NCBI GenBank assembly: GCA_963602685.1 | Contig: CAVCJG010000001.1 | Coordinates: 122,683 to 186,682, forward strand | Reading direction: 5' to 3' | Source of the DNA: Eggerthellaceae bacterium | Lineage (GTDB): Bacteria; Bacillota; Clostridia; Christensenellales; UBA1242 | DNA: 64,000 nucleotides | Part shown: in pieces, positions 54,285 through 63,130 of the stretch | Layout: every line of letters begins with the position of its first letter | How positions within the stretch are numbered: the stretch's first letter is position 1 | Notes under the pieces: model-generated | The model's database searches: none | The model's input: the letters and a program-made list of their open reading frames with translations, nothing else | Told to the model about the DNA's origin: nothing | Translations under genes and position numbers: made by a program

Positions 54285-55475
54285 TTAGTCTGTAATATCA
54301 ATGATTGTTGGCTCGATGTGTCTCTTTTTAGCACGTCCGTTGTATTTTGGATCCCAATCTTCGATTGCCGCTTTAAACATTTCTTCAATCTTGTCGATGC
54401 TGCGTTCGATAAGGAAGTTTTTAGAATGTTCAACGTATTGTTGTTTGTATTCTTGTCTAACTTCCGGATGTTCGATCCACCAATCAAGTTTTTTCGCCAA
54501 ATCTTTATAATCGCCCGCTTTAAATAATGACTCTTCGCAAATTGTGAATTGTGGAGTTGCTGAACGTGGAGATTTTGATACGATTGGCACAACTCCGCAC
54601 GCGATTGCTTCCATACAGCTTATGCCTTCAATTTCGGTGTCAGCAGGGTGGATGTAAATGTCGGTGAAGTTGTGAATTGAGTGAAGTTGTTCTTTTGTGT
54701 AAAATCCAAAAATTGGCGCGTTTGGAAGGCAAGTAGCCATTTTTTGAATCTTCTTCTTTAAAGGACCTTTTCCGCCGAAAATAAGTTGAATTTGGTCTCT
54801 ATATTTAGACATATTTACCGCTTTGATAATCAAATCGTGGCGTTTTTCTTGGCTGAATCTGCCGATGAAAGAAACGATGATTTTATCATTCAAAAATACT
54901 GGTTTTTCGCCTTCTTCCATAGTGAAATAGTCAGAAAATCCGTTTGAAATAACGTGCAAATAGTTGTTGTAGTCTTGTTTTACAAGTCTGTCAGCAATCA
55001 TTTTGCTTGGGCAGTGGATGTGTTTAACATATCTGTAAATGTTGCGATAAAAGCTTTGATATAATGCGTCGTTAAGAGGCTTTAAACGGTGCAAATAAAT
55101 TGTTGATGTGATGTTGCAAGGGTCGATGTGGAATGCAGCAGTGCAAGGCACATTAAGTTCACGGCAAAGTTTAACAGCAGTGCAGCCAAGTTTGAATGGC
55201 ATATAAACATGAACGATGTCGCTTCCGATGATTGCTTCTTTAAGCACTTCTTTGTCAGGTGCTGCAAAAGTAAACCCTTCTGAAGAAATGATTTTGTCTG
55301 CGAACTTTCCAAACGAACGTTTTGGAAGGCCAAATTTTGTTCTGCCTTCGTTGTCAATAGTAACAACTCTTACAGTATGTCCGCGCTTGCGAAGCATTTC
55401 TGTAAATCTTCTAGCTGAAACGTTTGTGCCGTTGTTTTCTTCGAAATATCCGTCAGTGACAAAAGTGATAATCAT
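54285..55475 (-). CDS. glycosyltransferase family 4 (glycolipid synthase-like)
   Basis: GT-B fold pattern: an N-terminal GG-type segment, and a C-terminal E..G....EA.A.G.P motif (EIEGISCMEAIACGVVPIV). Confidence 0.8.
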   Translation of the reverse strand: MIITFVTDGYFEENNGTNVSARRFTEMLRKRGHTVRVVTIDNEGRTKFGLPKRSFGKFADKIISSEGFTFAAPDKEVLKEAIIGSDIVHVYMPFKLGCTAVKLCRELNVPCTAAFHIDPCNITSTIYLHRLKPLNDALYQSFYRNIYRYVKHIHCPSKMIADRLVKQDYNNYLHVISNGFSDYFTMEEGEKPVFLNDKIIVSFIGRFSQEKRHDLIIKAVNMSKYRDQIQLIFGGKGPLKKKIQKMATCLPNAPIFGFYTKEQLHSIHNFTDIYIHPADTEIEGISCMEAIACGVVPIVSKSPRSATPQFTICEESLFKAGDYKDLAKKLDWWIEHPEVRQEYKQQYVEHSKNFLIERSIDKIEEMFKAAIEDWDPKYNGRAKKRHIEPTIIDITD

Positions 55476-55551
55476 AATTTACCTCTCTAAAACATGATAA
55501 CATATATTTTTGAAAAAGCGAAATATTTTAGCGTCAAAAAACGACATTTTT

Positions 55552-56403
55552 TCATTCATCAAAGTCGGGGATGAATTGAGTCGTTGCGCTTTCCTTATCT
55601 TGAACAAATCCGTTTTTAAATCCAAGCTTAATCGCGTGGGAAACAACGATTTTATATTCAAGCGGACTGAGTTTTCTATCAACCGGAGCGCAGGCCTTAA
55701 AGCATGGCGTGTATTGATTCATAAGGCTGATAAAAGTGTCCGTGCCGAGATTTGCGGCAGTCCAGTCCAAAACTGCCAAACTGTCTTTTACGTGCGAAGG
55801 CAAAATCATGTGCCTGATGATGATTCCTTTTTTCATAAGTCCGTTTTCAATTACATCAATCGGCTGATTTTTTCGCATTTGTTCTATCGCCTTGGTCGCC
55901 TCTTCAAAATAATTTGGCGCTGACGAATAGATGGCAGAAAGTTCAGGCGAGCAGTATTTAAGGTCAACCAGATAAACATCAACAAGCCCCTTTAACTTTG
56001 CGATCGTCTCGGCGCTTTCAAACCCCGAACTATTCCAAACAACGGGAATGGAAGGCTTGTAAATTTTTAGCGCCGAAATAATTTCTGTGGTGTAGTGCGT
56101 AGGGGTGACAAGGTTTATGTTGTGTGCGCCCTTTTGTTCGAGATCTTTAAAAATCTGTACAAGGTCGTTGATGCTGATTTCTTTGCCCTTGCCGAGATGG
56201 CTGATTTGATAGTTTTGGCAGAAAATGCATTTCATGTTGCAATGCGAAAAAAATATGGCACCGCTGCCATTTGTTCCGCTGATAACAGGTTCTTCCCATT
56301 GATGAAGCATGACCTTTGCGACTTTAAGCGATTTTGCGCCACAATATCCGCAAACTTTTGATCGGTCGATGTTGCACTTTCTCGGGCAAATATTGCATTT
56401 CAT
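55552..56403 (-). CDS. radical SAM protein (PflX / activating-enzyme-like)
   Basis: N-terminal CNICPRKC, with the CNMKCIFCQN radical-SAM CxxxCxxC cluster. Confidence 0.8.
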   Translation of the reverse strand: MKCNICPRKCNIDRSKVCGYCGAKSLKVAKVMLHQWEEPVISGTNGSGAIFFSHCNMKCIFCQNYQISHLGKGKEISINDLVQIFKDLEQKGAHNINLVTPTHYTTEIISALKIYKPSIPVVWNSSGFESAETIAKLKGLVDVYLVDLKYCSPELSAIYSSAPNYFEEATKAIEQMRKNQPIDVIENGLMKKGIIIRHMILPSHVKDSLAVLDWTAANLGTDTFISLMNQYTPCFKACAPVDRKLSPLEYKIVVSHAIKLGFKNGFVQDKESATTQFIPDFDE

Positions 56404-56532
56404 AGTTAAATTTTAGCATGTTTAAAGCATTAAAGCAAGAAAATATGAAAAAGAAAAATTTTTTGAAAATATCAATAAATTATTGACTTTTGTGTAGATT
56501 TTTTGTTATACTTGCGAATGCAAGGAAGATAT

Positions 56533-56608
56533 GGATCGCTAGCTCAGTTGGTAGAGCAATTGACTCTTAATCAATAGGTCCAGGGTTCGAGCCCCTGGCG
56601 ATCCACCA
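56533..56608 (+). tRNA. tRNA-Lys (anticodon CUU)
   Basis: GGATCGC TA GCTC AGTTGGTA GAGC A ATTGA CTCTTAA TCAAT AGGTC CAGGG TTCGAGC CCCTG GCGATCC A CCA folds as a cloverleaf. Confidence 0.9.
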
Positions 56609-56636
56609 AAACCACAATTTGTTGTGGTTTTTTTGT
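56609..56636 (+). terminator. terminator after tRNA-Lys
   Basis: Stem aaccacaa/ttgtggtt with loop tttg, then a T-run. Confidence 0.7.
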
Positions 56637-56701
56637 TTTTTAAATACTATTATTTTTGATTAAAGTCAAAATTTTTTTTTAATCTTGGGTCAAAAATTGG
56701 G

Positions 56702-57664
56702 TCAAAATTTTGGGTATAAATCTTTATAAAGATTTATTATATCGTTTTTTGTTATTGTTGGGTCTAAATGTGTGTATATTTCATTTGTTACAATTATTGA
56801 AGCATGCCCCATGAATTCTTTTCTTTCCATATCTGTTGCGCCTAAATAATACAAATTTGTATTAAATGTGTGTCTCAGCTTGTGGATGTGGCTTTCAATG
56901 TTGATTTGATTTAAAAATTCTTTATATTTATGTGTTATTGTTTTGCTTGTGTAAGGGAAGAGTGGTTCTTCCATTTTTTGTAGCATGCTTTGATAAGTTT
57001 CTGATATTTTTACCCATCTTTTTGATGATTTTCTTTTTGTGCCGTCTATATATAGGTAGCCGTTTTTTATATTTTCTTTTTTTATTGTTTGCAATTCGCT
57101 CAATCTAGCACCTGTTAATAGGTATGCTAAAATATATTTTCCTATGTTACTGTTTTGTAGGTTATCTAATATTATTTTTTGTTCTTCGATTGTATGAGCT
57201 TTAATTGTTTTTTTATTGATCTTGCCTTTAACTAAATATTCAGTAGGGTTTTCTTTAATTATTTTTAATTCTTTTGCCTTTTTAAATATTTGTTTAAGTG
57301 TAAGTAGGGCAATTTCTTTAGTTCTTGTTTGATTCAGATTGTTTAAAAATAATTGCAAGTTTTCAGTTGTGTAAAATGCGATTGATTTTTTTAAACTAGA
57401 TATATGGTTTTTTAGTATATTTTCATACATTTTATAAGTTGCTTTTGTAACTTCTTTTTGTTTGTACGTATTTAACCATATGTTAGCGAAATCATTGAGT
57501 GATGGTATCGTTTTTGTTCTGATAGCATTTTTAGATTTTGGCTTAAAGTTTTTTAATTTTTCTTTACATTCTTTTTGGGTTTTTGCGTAGATAGAGTAAG
57601 TTTTTCCTTCTATTGTTTTTCTTGCTTCCCATCTACCATCTGTTCTTTTTCTTATAAATTTCAT
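56702..57664 (-). CDS. int: tyrosine-type site-specific integrase
   Basis: Arm-binding-like N-terminus MKFIRKRTDGRWEARK. The C-terminal catalytic motifs are GARLSEL, HKLRHTF, GHASIIVT and NEIYTHL (R..HxxR..H..Y). Confidence 0.9.
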   Translation of the reverse strand: MKFIRKRTDGRWEARKTIEGKTYSIYAKTQKECKEKLKNFKPKSKNAIRTKTIPSLNDFANIWLNTYKQKEVTKATYKMYENILKNHISSLKKSIAFYTTENLQLFLNNLNQTRTKEIALLTLKQIFKKAKELKIIKENPTEYLVKGKINKKTIKAHTIEEQKIILDNLQNSNIGKYILAYLLTGARLSELQTIKKENIKNGYLYIDGTKRKSSKRWVKISETYQSMLQKMEEPLFPYTSKTITHKYKEFLNQINIESHIHKLRHTFNTNLYYLGATDMERKEFMGHASIIVTNEIYTHLDPTITKNDIINLYKDLYPKF

Positions 57665-57857
57665 TTCATTATCTCCTTTTGTTGGAGTTTTTGAAATGAC
57701 CTTATTTTTGACATTTGTATTATCTATGACCAGGAAAGGCTTTTGATATTCTTTCTTTCCTTTTTCATAAATTTCAATCAGTTCAAAGACAAGATTTTGT
57801 TCTTTATTTAATTGTTTGAGTTTGTCAATTTGTTTTTATATATTCTTCAATCATATT

Positions 57858-58205
57858 TTAACTCCTAAATTTTTTGATAATTGATTCTTGATCTTGTCTG
57901 CCCTGTTGAAGGCCTGCTATGTATGCAATAACTCTTAAGCAGTCTTCATTCGACAGCTTGCGAATTTCATTTATGGCGTTGTTTTGTTCATTTGACAGCA
58001 TGCTTTTGTCTAATAGGTAAGGAACGTCATGTTCAATAATATGATCTACAGTTGTGTGAAAATAATCTGCAATCTTTATTAATGTTTTAATATCCGGGTC
58101 GGTTTTTCCATTTATGTAATTGTTTAAAGTTTGTGGTGTGAGATTTAGATCTTTTGCGACTTGTGCTTGTGTCGTTGTTTGATTTATGAGTTGTTTTAGT
58201 TTCAT
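57858..58205 (-). CDS. XRE-family HTH repressor (CI-like)
   Basis: HTH QAQVAKDLNLTPQTLNNYINGKTDPDIKTLIKIADYF. The gene is divergent from the rightward operon. Confidence 0.85.
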   Translation of the reverse strand: MKLKQLINQTTTQAQVAKDLNLTPQTLNNYINGKTDPDIKTLIKIADYFHTTVDHIIEHDVPYLLDKSMLSNEQNNAINEIRKLSNEDCLRVIAYIAGLQQGRQDQESIIKKFRS

Positions 58206-58288
58206 TTTTTGTTCTCCTTTTTGATTTCTTACTTGACTTTATAATATTTTTTACTTTTTTTCAATAAATTTTAATTTTTTTTTAAAAA

Positions 58289-58367
58289 ATCAAAAAAACT
58301 TTGATTTTTGTTTGACAAATCAAAAAAACTTTGATAAAATAAGGGTGTCAATCAAAGAAAATTTGAT
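58289..58367. promoter_or_regulatory. three 17-bp palindromic operators ATCAAA-N5-TTTGAT
   Basis: atcaaaaaaactttgat lies at 58289-58305 and again at 58319-58335; atcaaagaaaatttgat lies at 58351-58367. Confidence 0.65.
58312..58340 (+). promoter_or_regulatory. rightward early promoter of the element, spacer occupied by operator 2
   Basis: TTGACA (58312-58317), a 17-nt spacer, then TAAAAT (58335-58340). Confidence 0.6.
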
Positions 58368-58391
58368 TTTTATATATAAGGAGTGTGAATC

Positions 58392-58685
58392 ATGAAAACA
58401 GATATTTTTAAACCTTCATTACGCAAGAGTGGAAATTATGAATATGAACGTTTTTGCGTAAAGCCTGTTAAAACGCGTTCTGGAAATCTTTCTCGACGCA
58501 ATCACAAACGAAAGACTGAATCATTATCTAAAAATGTAGGATTTCGTGCTTCGTCTAGTGATAAGCCATGGAAGCGTGTATCTTATGTAGTTCAGCGTGA
58601 TGGTAGCCATAAGCTCGCTGTCCGAAAAAAAGTTGGGGTTAAATTGGTTAACCGTGTAAATAGGGATTATCGTAAATCGAGTTAA
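58392..58685 (+). CDS. small highly basic protein (97 aa), unknown function
   Basis: RBS TAAGGAG. Rich in Arg and Lys. It is the first gene of the rightward operon. Confidence 0.45.
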   Translation: MKTDIFKPSLRKSGNYEYERFCVKPVKTRSGNLSRRNHKRKTESLSKNVGFRASSSDKPWKRVSYVVQRDGSHKLAVRKKVGVKLVNRVNRDYRKSS

Positions 58686-58828
58686 ATAAAAAAAGTAGCC
58701 TTTCGGCTACTTGTGAGAGGTCTACACCAAATTTGCCAAATGTTCCTCTCTGTCCACACGTTATCTAACTGTGGCTCGCCCTCGTGGGCGCTTCAAAGGC
58801 AATTACATATTAGCATAAGGAGAAAGAA

Positions 58829-59140
58829 ATGTCAAATGTAAATTATAGTCTTAATAACAAAGGTGTTCGTTTAATTAGTGCACATGATGCATGGGTTGTT
58901 GGTAAGAATAATAAGCCAAAACTTAATCCTAAGTTTTCTTTTGTCGGCAAAATTGATATGAATATGCCTAACATGATTTTATCTGCAAGTGACAAGAAAA
59001 AGCCAGCTTATAAGGGTGATGTTAAAGATTTAAATAGAACAGCCAAAGAGCAAATTGTTGATCATTTTTATAATGTGCATGGCCGTCGTAATAACAAGTC
59101 CAAAGCTTATTTAGCTATCGAAAAAAAGGTAGGTAAGTAA
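58829..59140 (+). CDS. hypothetical protein (103 aa)
   Basis: RBS AAGGAGAAAGAA; no recognisable motifs. Confidence 0.4.
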   Translation: MSNVNYSLNNKGVRLISAHDAWVVGKNNKPKLNPKFSFVGKIDMNMPNMILSASDKKKPAYKGDVKDLNRTAKEQIVDHFYNVHGRRNNKSKAYLAIEKKVGK

Positions 59141-59141
59141 T

Positions 59142-59375
59142 ATGAAAGTTTTTACTTCATTCCAGAAAATGATTGCTCGGAACAACTCGCCTGAGACGTT
59201 GAAATCGGCACGTGATTTGAGTGTTGATCGTTTGGCTGATGCAGCCACGTATGGAGATAGTCGCAATTTAAAGGCGGCATTGAAAGAATATTTAACATAT
59301 GACCGTGCGCTTTTGTATCAAATAACACCTGCGTATCGTCAAAAAATTTTAATAAAAGGGGGATGTCGATTATGA
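59142..59375 (+). CDS. hypothetical protein (77 aa)
   Basis: Tightly coupled to the previous ORF (the ATG lies 1 nt after its stop). Confidence 0.4.
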   Translation: MKVFTSFQKMIARNNSPETLKSARDLSVDRLADAATYGDSRNLKAALKEYLTYDRALLYQITPAYRQKILIKGGCRL

Positions 59376-59560
59376 AAACTGGTGCGAAAGTTTTTCTTTG
59401 GTTGTTAGGCATTTTGCTCGCCCTTGCTGTTGTGTTCGTTGGCCTTTACTTTGGTCTTCCACAATTTCATGACTGGGTTGTAAATTTATTTACTCCAGAT
59501 AAAGCGGAAGAAGGCAAAACTGCAACAGAAGCTATCGTTAAAGCGTTTATGCGAATTTAA
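59372..59560 (+). CDS. small single-pass membrane protein
   Basis: MKTGAKVFLWLLGILLALAVVFVGLYFGL.. The ATG at 59372 follows AAAAGGGGG; an alternative ATG lies at 59363. Confidence 0.4.
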   Translation: MKTGAKVFLWLLGILLALAVVFVGLYFGLPQFHDWVVNLFTPDKAEEGKTATEAIVKAFMRI

Positions 59561-59608
59561 TAAACACCGCGATAAGCGGTTACATAAAAAGTCGATTGGA
59601 GTTTGAAA

Positions 59609-61009
59609 ATGAAAAGATTTTTCTTTGTTACATTATCAATACTATTATTTATGCTTGGCCTGTCATTTGGCAGTAGCATTGATTCTTTCGTTGTTGCTGA
59701 CGAACAATCGACTTATTCATCAGTAATTGATGACTTATGGAAAGATGATTCATTTTTAGAGAGCGATTATCCTGCTGTTGATAATGATCATTCTTTAAGC
59801 GTTATTACTCTTGCTGAAAGTGTTGACAATGAATTATTTGTTTATGTTTATAATCCTTCTTCTGTTGACATTGCAACTTCAATCAATATTTCTATACAAA
59901 AAGATTTACCAAAAGATTTTGTCAATTATAAATTAAAATTGCTTAGTCAATCAAACACTTTGTTTAAGTATAAAGTTCTTGATTTTGCTGTTGCTCAATC
60001 TGATGCTCGTTATTATGAAATCACATCTATATATCGCGCTTGGATTGAAGGCGTTGATAACGCGCCATCGCAAGAAGGACAGACGATTACGGAAGTTCCA
60101 TTTGTTGTTGGCCGTTTGTTTACAATAACCGGGAGTAGCGACAATTTAAAGGTTAACAGCAACGATATTGATTATATAGAAGTCACACAAAAGTTTGTAG
60201 GGTATGTTCGATATAAAGACGGGAATTGGTGGCATTTGTGGGGTGAGAGTGCTTGTGACAGACATTTTGTTGCATTTTCTACCAATAAACAAATTGATCA
60301 GTTAATGGAAGCAGACGTTTATTTTAAATCACGTAGTGCTCATTTGCGACATTATTTATCAAGTTTATATGTTGACTCTTGGGATTATGGTGAGCCTGTG
60401 GAGTCATACAGGCATTTAACGAATGATGATTCCGGCACTTATGACAATGGCAAAACTTATTACACTTGGGATCGCATTCAAACCATGGACGAGTTTAAAA
60501 ACAGTGTAATTTATCGTAATGTGTATGAAGGTATTATTTTTGACGTAACGGAAGAAAGCGTAATCACGAGTGAAGGACTTAAGGGACTTGCTCAAAAACA
60601 GTGGGTGTTAAGTTTTTATGAATCGCCTTATGAGATTAAAAAATCGGTATCAGAAGAGAATTATTTCTCAACACAGGTAGGTGATGTCACAATTCTTCGT
60701 TTAAAGTTTGAGACTGCCGGTGTAACTTACGATTTAGGCGTTATTGACAACAAGCAAAGTGGGTCGACTGATCCTATCAACAAGGTTACAACAACGGTTC
60801 GACTTTCTCGATTGGCAAAAATAATTATCGCTATTGTTGTCCTTCTGTTGTTGCTTCCACTAATTATTCCAATTTTGCCACAAATTTTAAAATTTTTATG
60901 GCTTGTGATTAAATATTTGGCCAAAGCAATTTGGTGGCTGTTACAGAAAATAGGGTTGTTGATTAAAGATATTTTTGTCTTGCCGTTTGAAGTGCTGGAC
61001 GAAAGTTAA
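59609..61009 (+). CDS. secreted/membrane protein (about 466 aa) with signal peptide and C-terminal hydrophobic region
   Basis: MKRFFFVTLSILLFMLGLSFG signal-like N-terminus. The C-terminal segment IIIAIVVLLLLLPLIIPILPQILKFLWLVIKYL is strongly hydrophobic. Confidence 0.5.
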   Translation: MKRFFFVTLSILLFMLGLSFGSSIDSFVVADEQSTYSSVIDDLWKDDSFLESDYPAVDNDHSLSVITLAESVDNELFVYVYNPSSVDIATSINISIQKDLPKDFVNYKLKLLSQSNTLFKYKVLDFAVAQSDARYYEITSIYRAWIEGVDNAPSQEGQTITEVPFVVGRLFTITGSSDNLKVNSNDIDYIEVTQKFVGYVRYKDGNWWHLWGESACDRHFVAFSTNKQIDQLMEADVYFKSRSAHLRHYLSSLYVDSWDYGEPVESYRHLTNDDSGTYDNGKTYYTWDRIQTMDEFKNSVIYRNVYEGIIFDVTEESVITSEGLKGLAQKQWVLSFYESPYEIKKSVSEENYFSTQVGDVTILRLKFETAGVTYDLGVIDNKQSGSTDPINKVTTTVRLSRLAKIIIAIVVLLLLLPLIIPILPQILKFLWLVIKYLAKAIWWLLQKIGLLIKDIFVLPFEVLDES

Positions 61010-61022
61010 AAGGGGGAAGAAA

Positions 61023-61955
61023 ATGACAAAGAAAAAAATTATTTTTACAATATTGTATTTCTTGTTTTTTGCAGCAACGGTTGCGTTTGTAGTCATAATG
61101 TCTATTTATGGTCCTTATTTTAAAGACATTGGCCGTATTAAAAACGGCGATTATGTGTTGAGAAGTGAGTTGGATTCTTCAGCGGTTGGCAGTGAAGATT
61201 ATGAATTAAAAATTGCTGAGTTAACTAAGTCGTTAGAAGAACAGCGCCAAACAAATAATAACTTGAAGGTGCTTCTTGAAGCTGAGAAATCACGCAATGA
61301 TGCTAATGATGCAGAGATTGCTCGTTTGACTGAGCAAATTGCTGAGTTGACAAAGTCAATTCAAGCGAAAGAACAGCTTCTTGCAGCTTATGCACAATAT
61401 GAAACTACAACGTTTATATTAACGTTCTATAACAACAACGAATTGTATGCTACACGTGTTGTTAACGTTAAATCGCCTACTGATTATACAGTTGATTTGC
61501 CGGCTAAAACTGATACGCACAAATGTGTTGGTTGGTCTGTTGACGGAGTTTTAATTAATTCTAATTATGTCCCTGTGGGTAATACACGTTTTGACGCGGT
61601 TTGGGTTGCTTATACGTTTTTAAATGATTGTTATCCAGAGTTTGAAGGTGTGACATTCATGAGACAAGACAATCTTGCAAAACTACAGTTTGTTGGAAAC
61701 CAATTTAAGTTGATTTCAGTTTCTGACGGCACTGAAGTTGTTACTGAAATATTGTCAGTTACGAAGCGAGATAGTGATTATGAAATATATGACGCTGTTT
61801 ATTCAGATACGCAGAAATTGGTAATACAGCCGGCTTGTGATGACATTGGCAATGCCGATAATAATGATACTACTTCACATTTTCATTTAGTGCAAATGTA
61901 TGTTAAATATTCGTCAAATTGGCAATTATCGACGTCTTATTTCTATTACTATTGA
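61023..61955 (+). CDS. membrane-anchored coiled-coil protein with an InlB-B-type repeat
   Basis: N-terminal TM IIFTILYFLFFAATVAFVVIM, a coiled-coil segment (LKIAELTKSLEEQRQ..IARLTEQIAELTKSIQ) and VGWSVDGVLINSNYVPVGNTRFDAVW, which resembles the B-repeat. RBS AAAGGGGGAAG. Confidence 0.5.
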   Translation: MTKKKIIFTILYFLFFAATVAFVVIMSIYGPYFKDIGRIKNGDYVLRSELDSSAVGSEDYELKIAELTKSLEEQRQTNNNLKVLLEAEKSRNDANDAEIARLTEQIAELTKSIQAKEQLLAAYAQYETTTFILTFYNNNELYATRVVNVKSPTDYTVDLPAKTDTHKCVGWSVDGVLINSNYVPVGNTRFDAVWVAYTFLNDCYPEFEGVTFMRQDNLAKLQFVGNQFKLISVSDGTEVVTEILSVTKRDSDYEIYDAVYSDTQKLVIQPACDDIGNADNNDTTSHFHLVQMYVKYSSNWQLSTSYFYYY

Positions 61956-61967
61956 TTGGGGGTAGTT

Positions 61968-63119
61968 ATGAAAGATAATTTACGTAGTTTATTTATTAGT
62001 ATTGTTATCGTTATTTCAATAATTGGATTAGTGTTAGCTGGCGCGTTTGTTGTTACTGATGTTATTAAGTCATTGGCAAAAAATGATGATCCTGTTGAGC
62101 CGCCGGTTAGCGTAACTTGTTGGACAGGCGAAAGCGATACTTCGTGGTTTGATGCTGATAACAAGAAGACTGTTTATGTCCTTCGAACGCCTGAGCAGTT
62201 TGCTGGTTTTTCGGATTTGGTCAATGGCGGTGAAACATTTAGCGGAATTACCGTAAAGTTGGGCGCAAATATGACGTTTAATTCAGATTTGGATTCTGAT
62301 AACGTAAAGCCTTTTACAACAATAGGTGATGCGTTGGCACATCAATTTAAGGGCATATTTGACGGCCAAAATTGCTCGTTGAACAATTTGTTAATCAATA
62401 AAGAATCGTCAGCCCGTGGGTTGTTTGGGTTTGTTGATAAAGCCGTTTTGTCAAATTTTAGACTTTATAATATTAAAATCATTTCTTCTACCGGGGGTGT
62501 TGGTGCAGTCGTTGGTAGAGTAGGGAATGCTACAGTTGAAAATGTTAACGTATGTGATGCTAATATTATCGCTGCTGGCGGTTACGTTGGTGGAATTGCT
62601 GGTTATCCTTTAAATGATAGTGCGTCTACAAATTTGACTATAAAATCATGTTCTTTTAATGGCAATATTGGTTCTTCAAAAGAAAATCAATGTTCTAGTG
62701 TTGGTGGTATTATTGGCGGTTATTCTTGTGCGTCTGGTAACGTTACTATCACTGATTGTGTTGCATCATTAAGTGTTGAAAAATATTGTGACGTCAGCGC
62801 TATTGTCGGTGTTATTGGCAAAGGCACATATGATTTTTCTGGTAATAAAATTGATATTACAGTTGATTTTAACGGCATTACTGCTCCAACGTCTTCGCAA
62901 CATGCATGGAATGGGTTGTGTCAATATAGAAGTGCTTTCGCATCTGCTACAATTTCTTTGAAAGATAATGAATTAACAGCTGTGTTAAATAATTGTTCTT
63001 CTTCACTCAATGTTGAAAATATTGAATATTTCGATATGAACAATTTATTTGCCGGCTATATAGCAGCAACTTGGACAACTGATAACAATAGCTATACTGC
63101 AACAATTAACGTTGCTTAA
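61968..63119 (+). CDS. membrane-anchored GLUG-repeat protein encoded by the element
   Basis: N-terminal TM LFISIVIVISIIGLVLAGAFVV. The lead-in is YVLRTPEQFAGFSDLV..FKGIFDGQNCSL. GVGAVVGR, VGGIAGY and VGGIIGG motifs follow. Confidence 0.6.
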   Translation: MKDNLRSLFISIVIVISIIGLVLAGAFVVTDVIKSLAKNDDPVEPPVSVTCWTGESDTSWFDADNKKTVYVLRTPEQFAGFSDLVNGGETFSGITVKLGANMTFNSDLDSDNVKPFTTIGDALAHQFKGIFDGQNCSLNNLLINKESSARGLFGFVDKAVLSNFRLYNIKIISSTGGVGAVVGRVGNATVENVNVCDANIIAAGGYVGGIAGYPLNDSASTNLTIKSCSFNGNIGSSKENQCSSVGGIIGGYSCASGNVTITDCVASLSVEKYCDVSAIVGVIGKGTYDFSGNKIDITVDFNGITAPTSSQHAWNGLCQYRSAFASATISLKDNELTAVLNNCSSSLNVENIEYFDMNNLFAGYIAATWTTDNNSYTATINVA

Positions 63120-63130
63120 AAGGGGGAGTT

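Noticed and set aside
54242-55923. ORFs 54242..54592 (-), 55082..55366 (-), 55216..55497 (+) and 55510..55923 (+)
   Set aside because: These are shadow frames of the GT4 glycosyltransferase and radical SAM genes, with no independent support.
57665-57857. In-frame open extension upstream of the integrase ATG, and a 9-codon ORF after the XRE stop
   Set aside because: The frame is open for about 55 codons but contains no ATG, GTG or TTG start. The ATG at 57664 has AAAGGAGA and gives the usual integrase N-terminus. The 9-codon ORF is too short to support.
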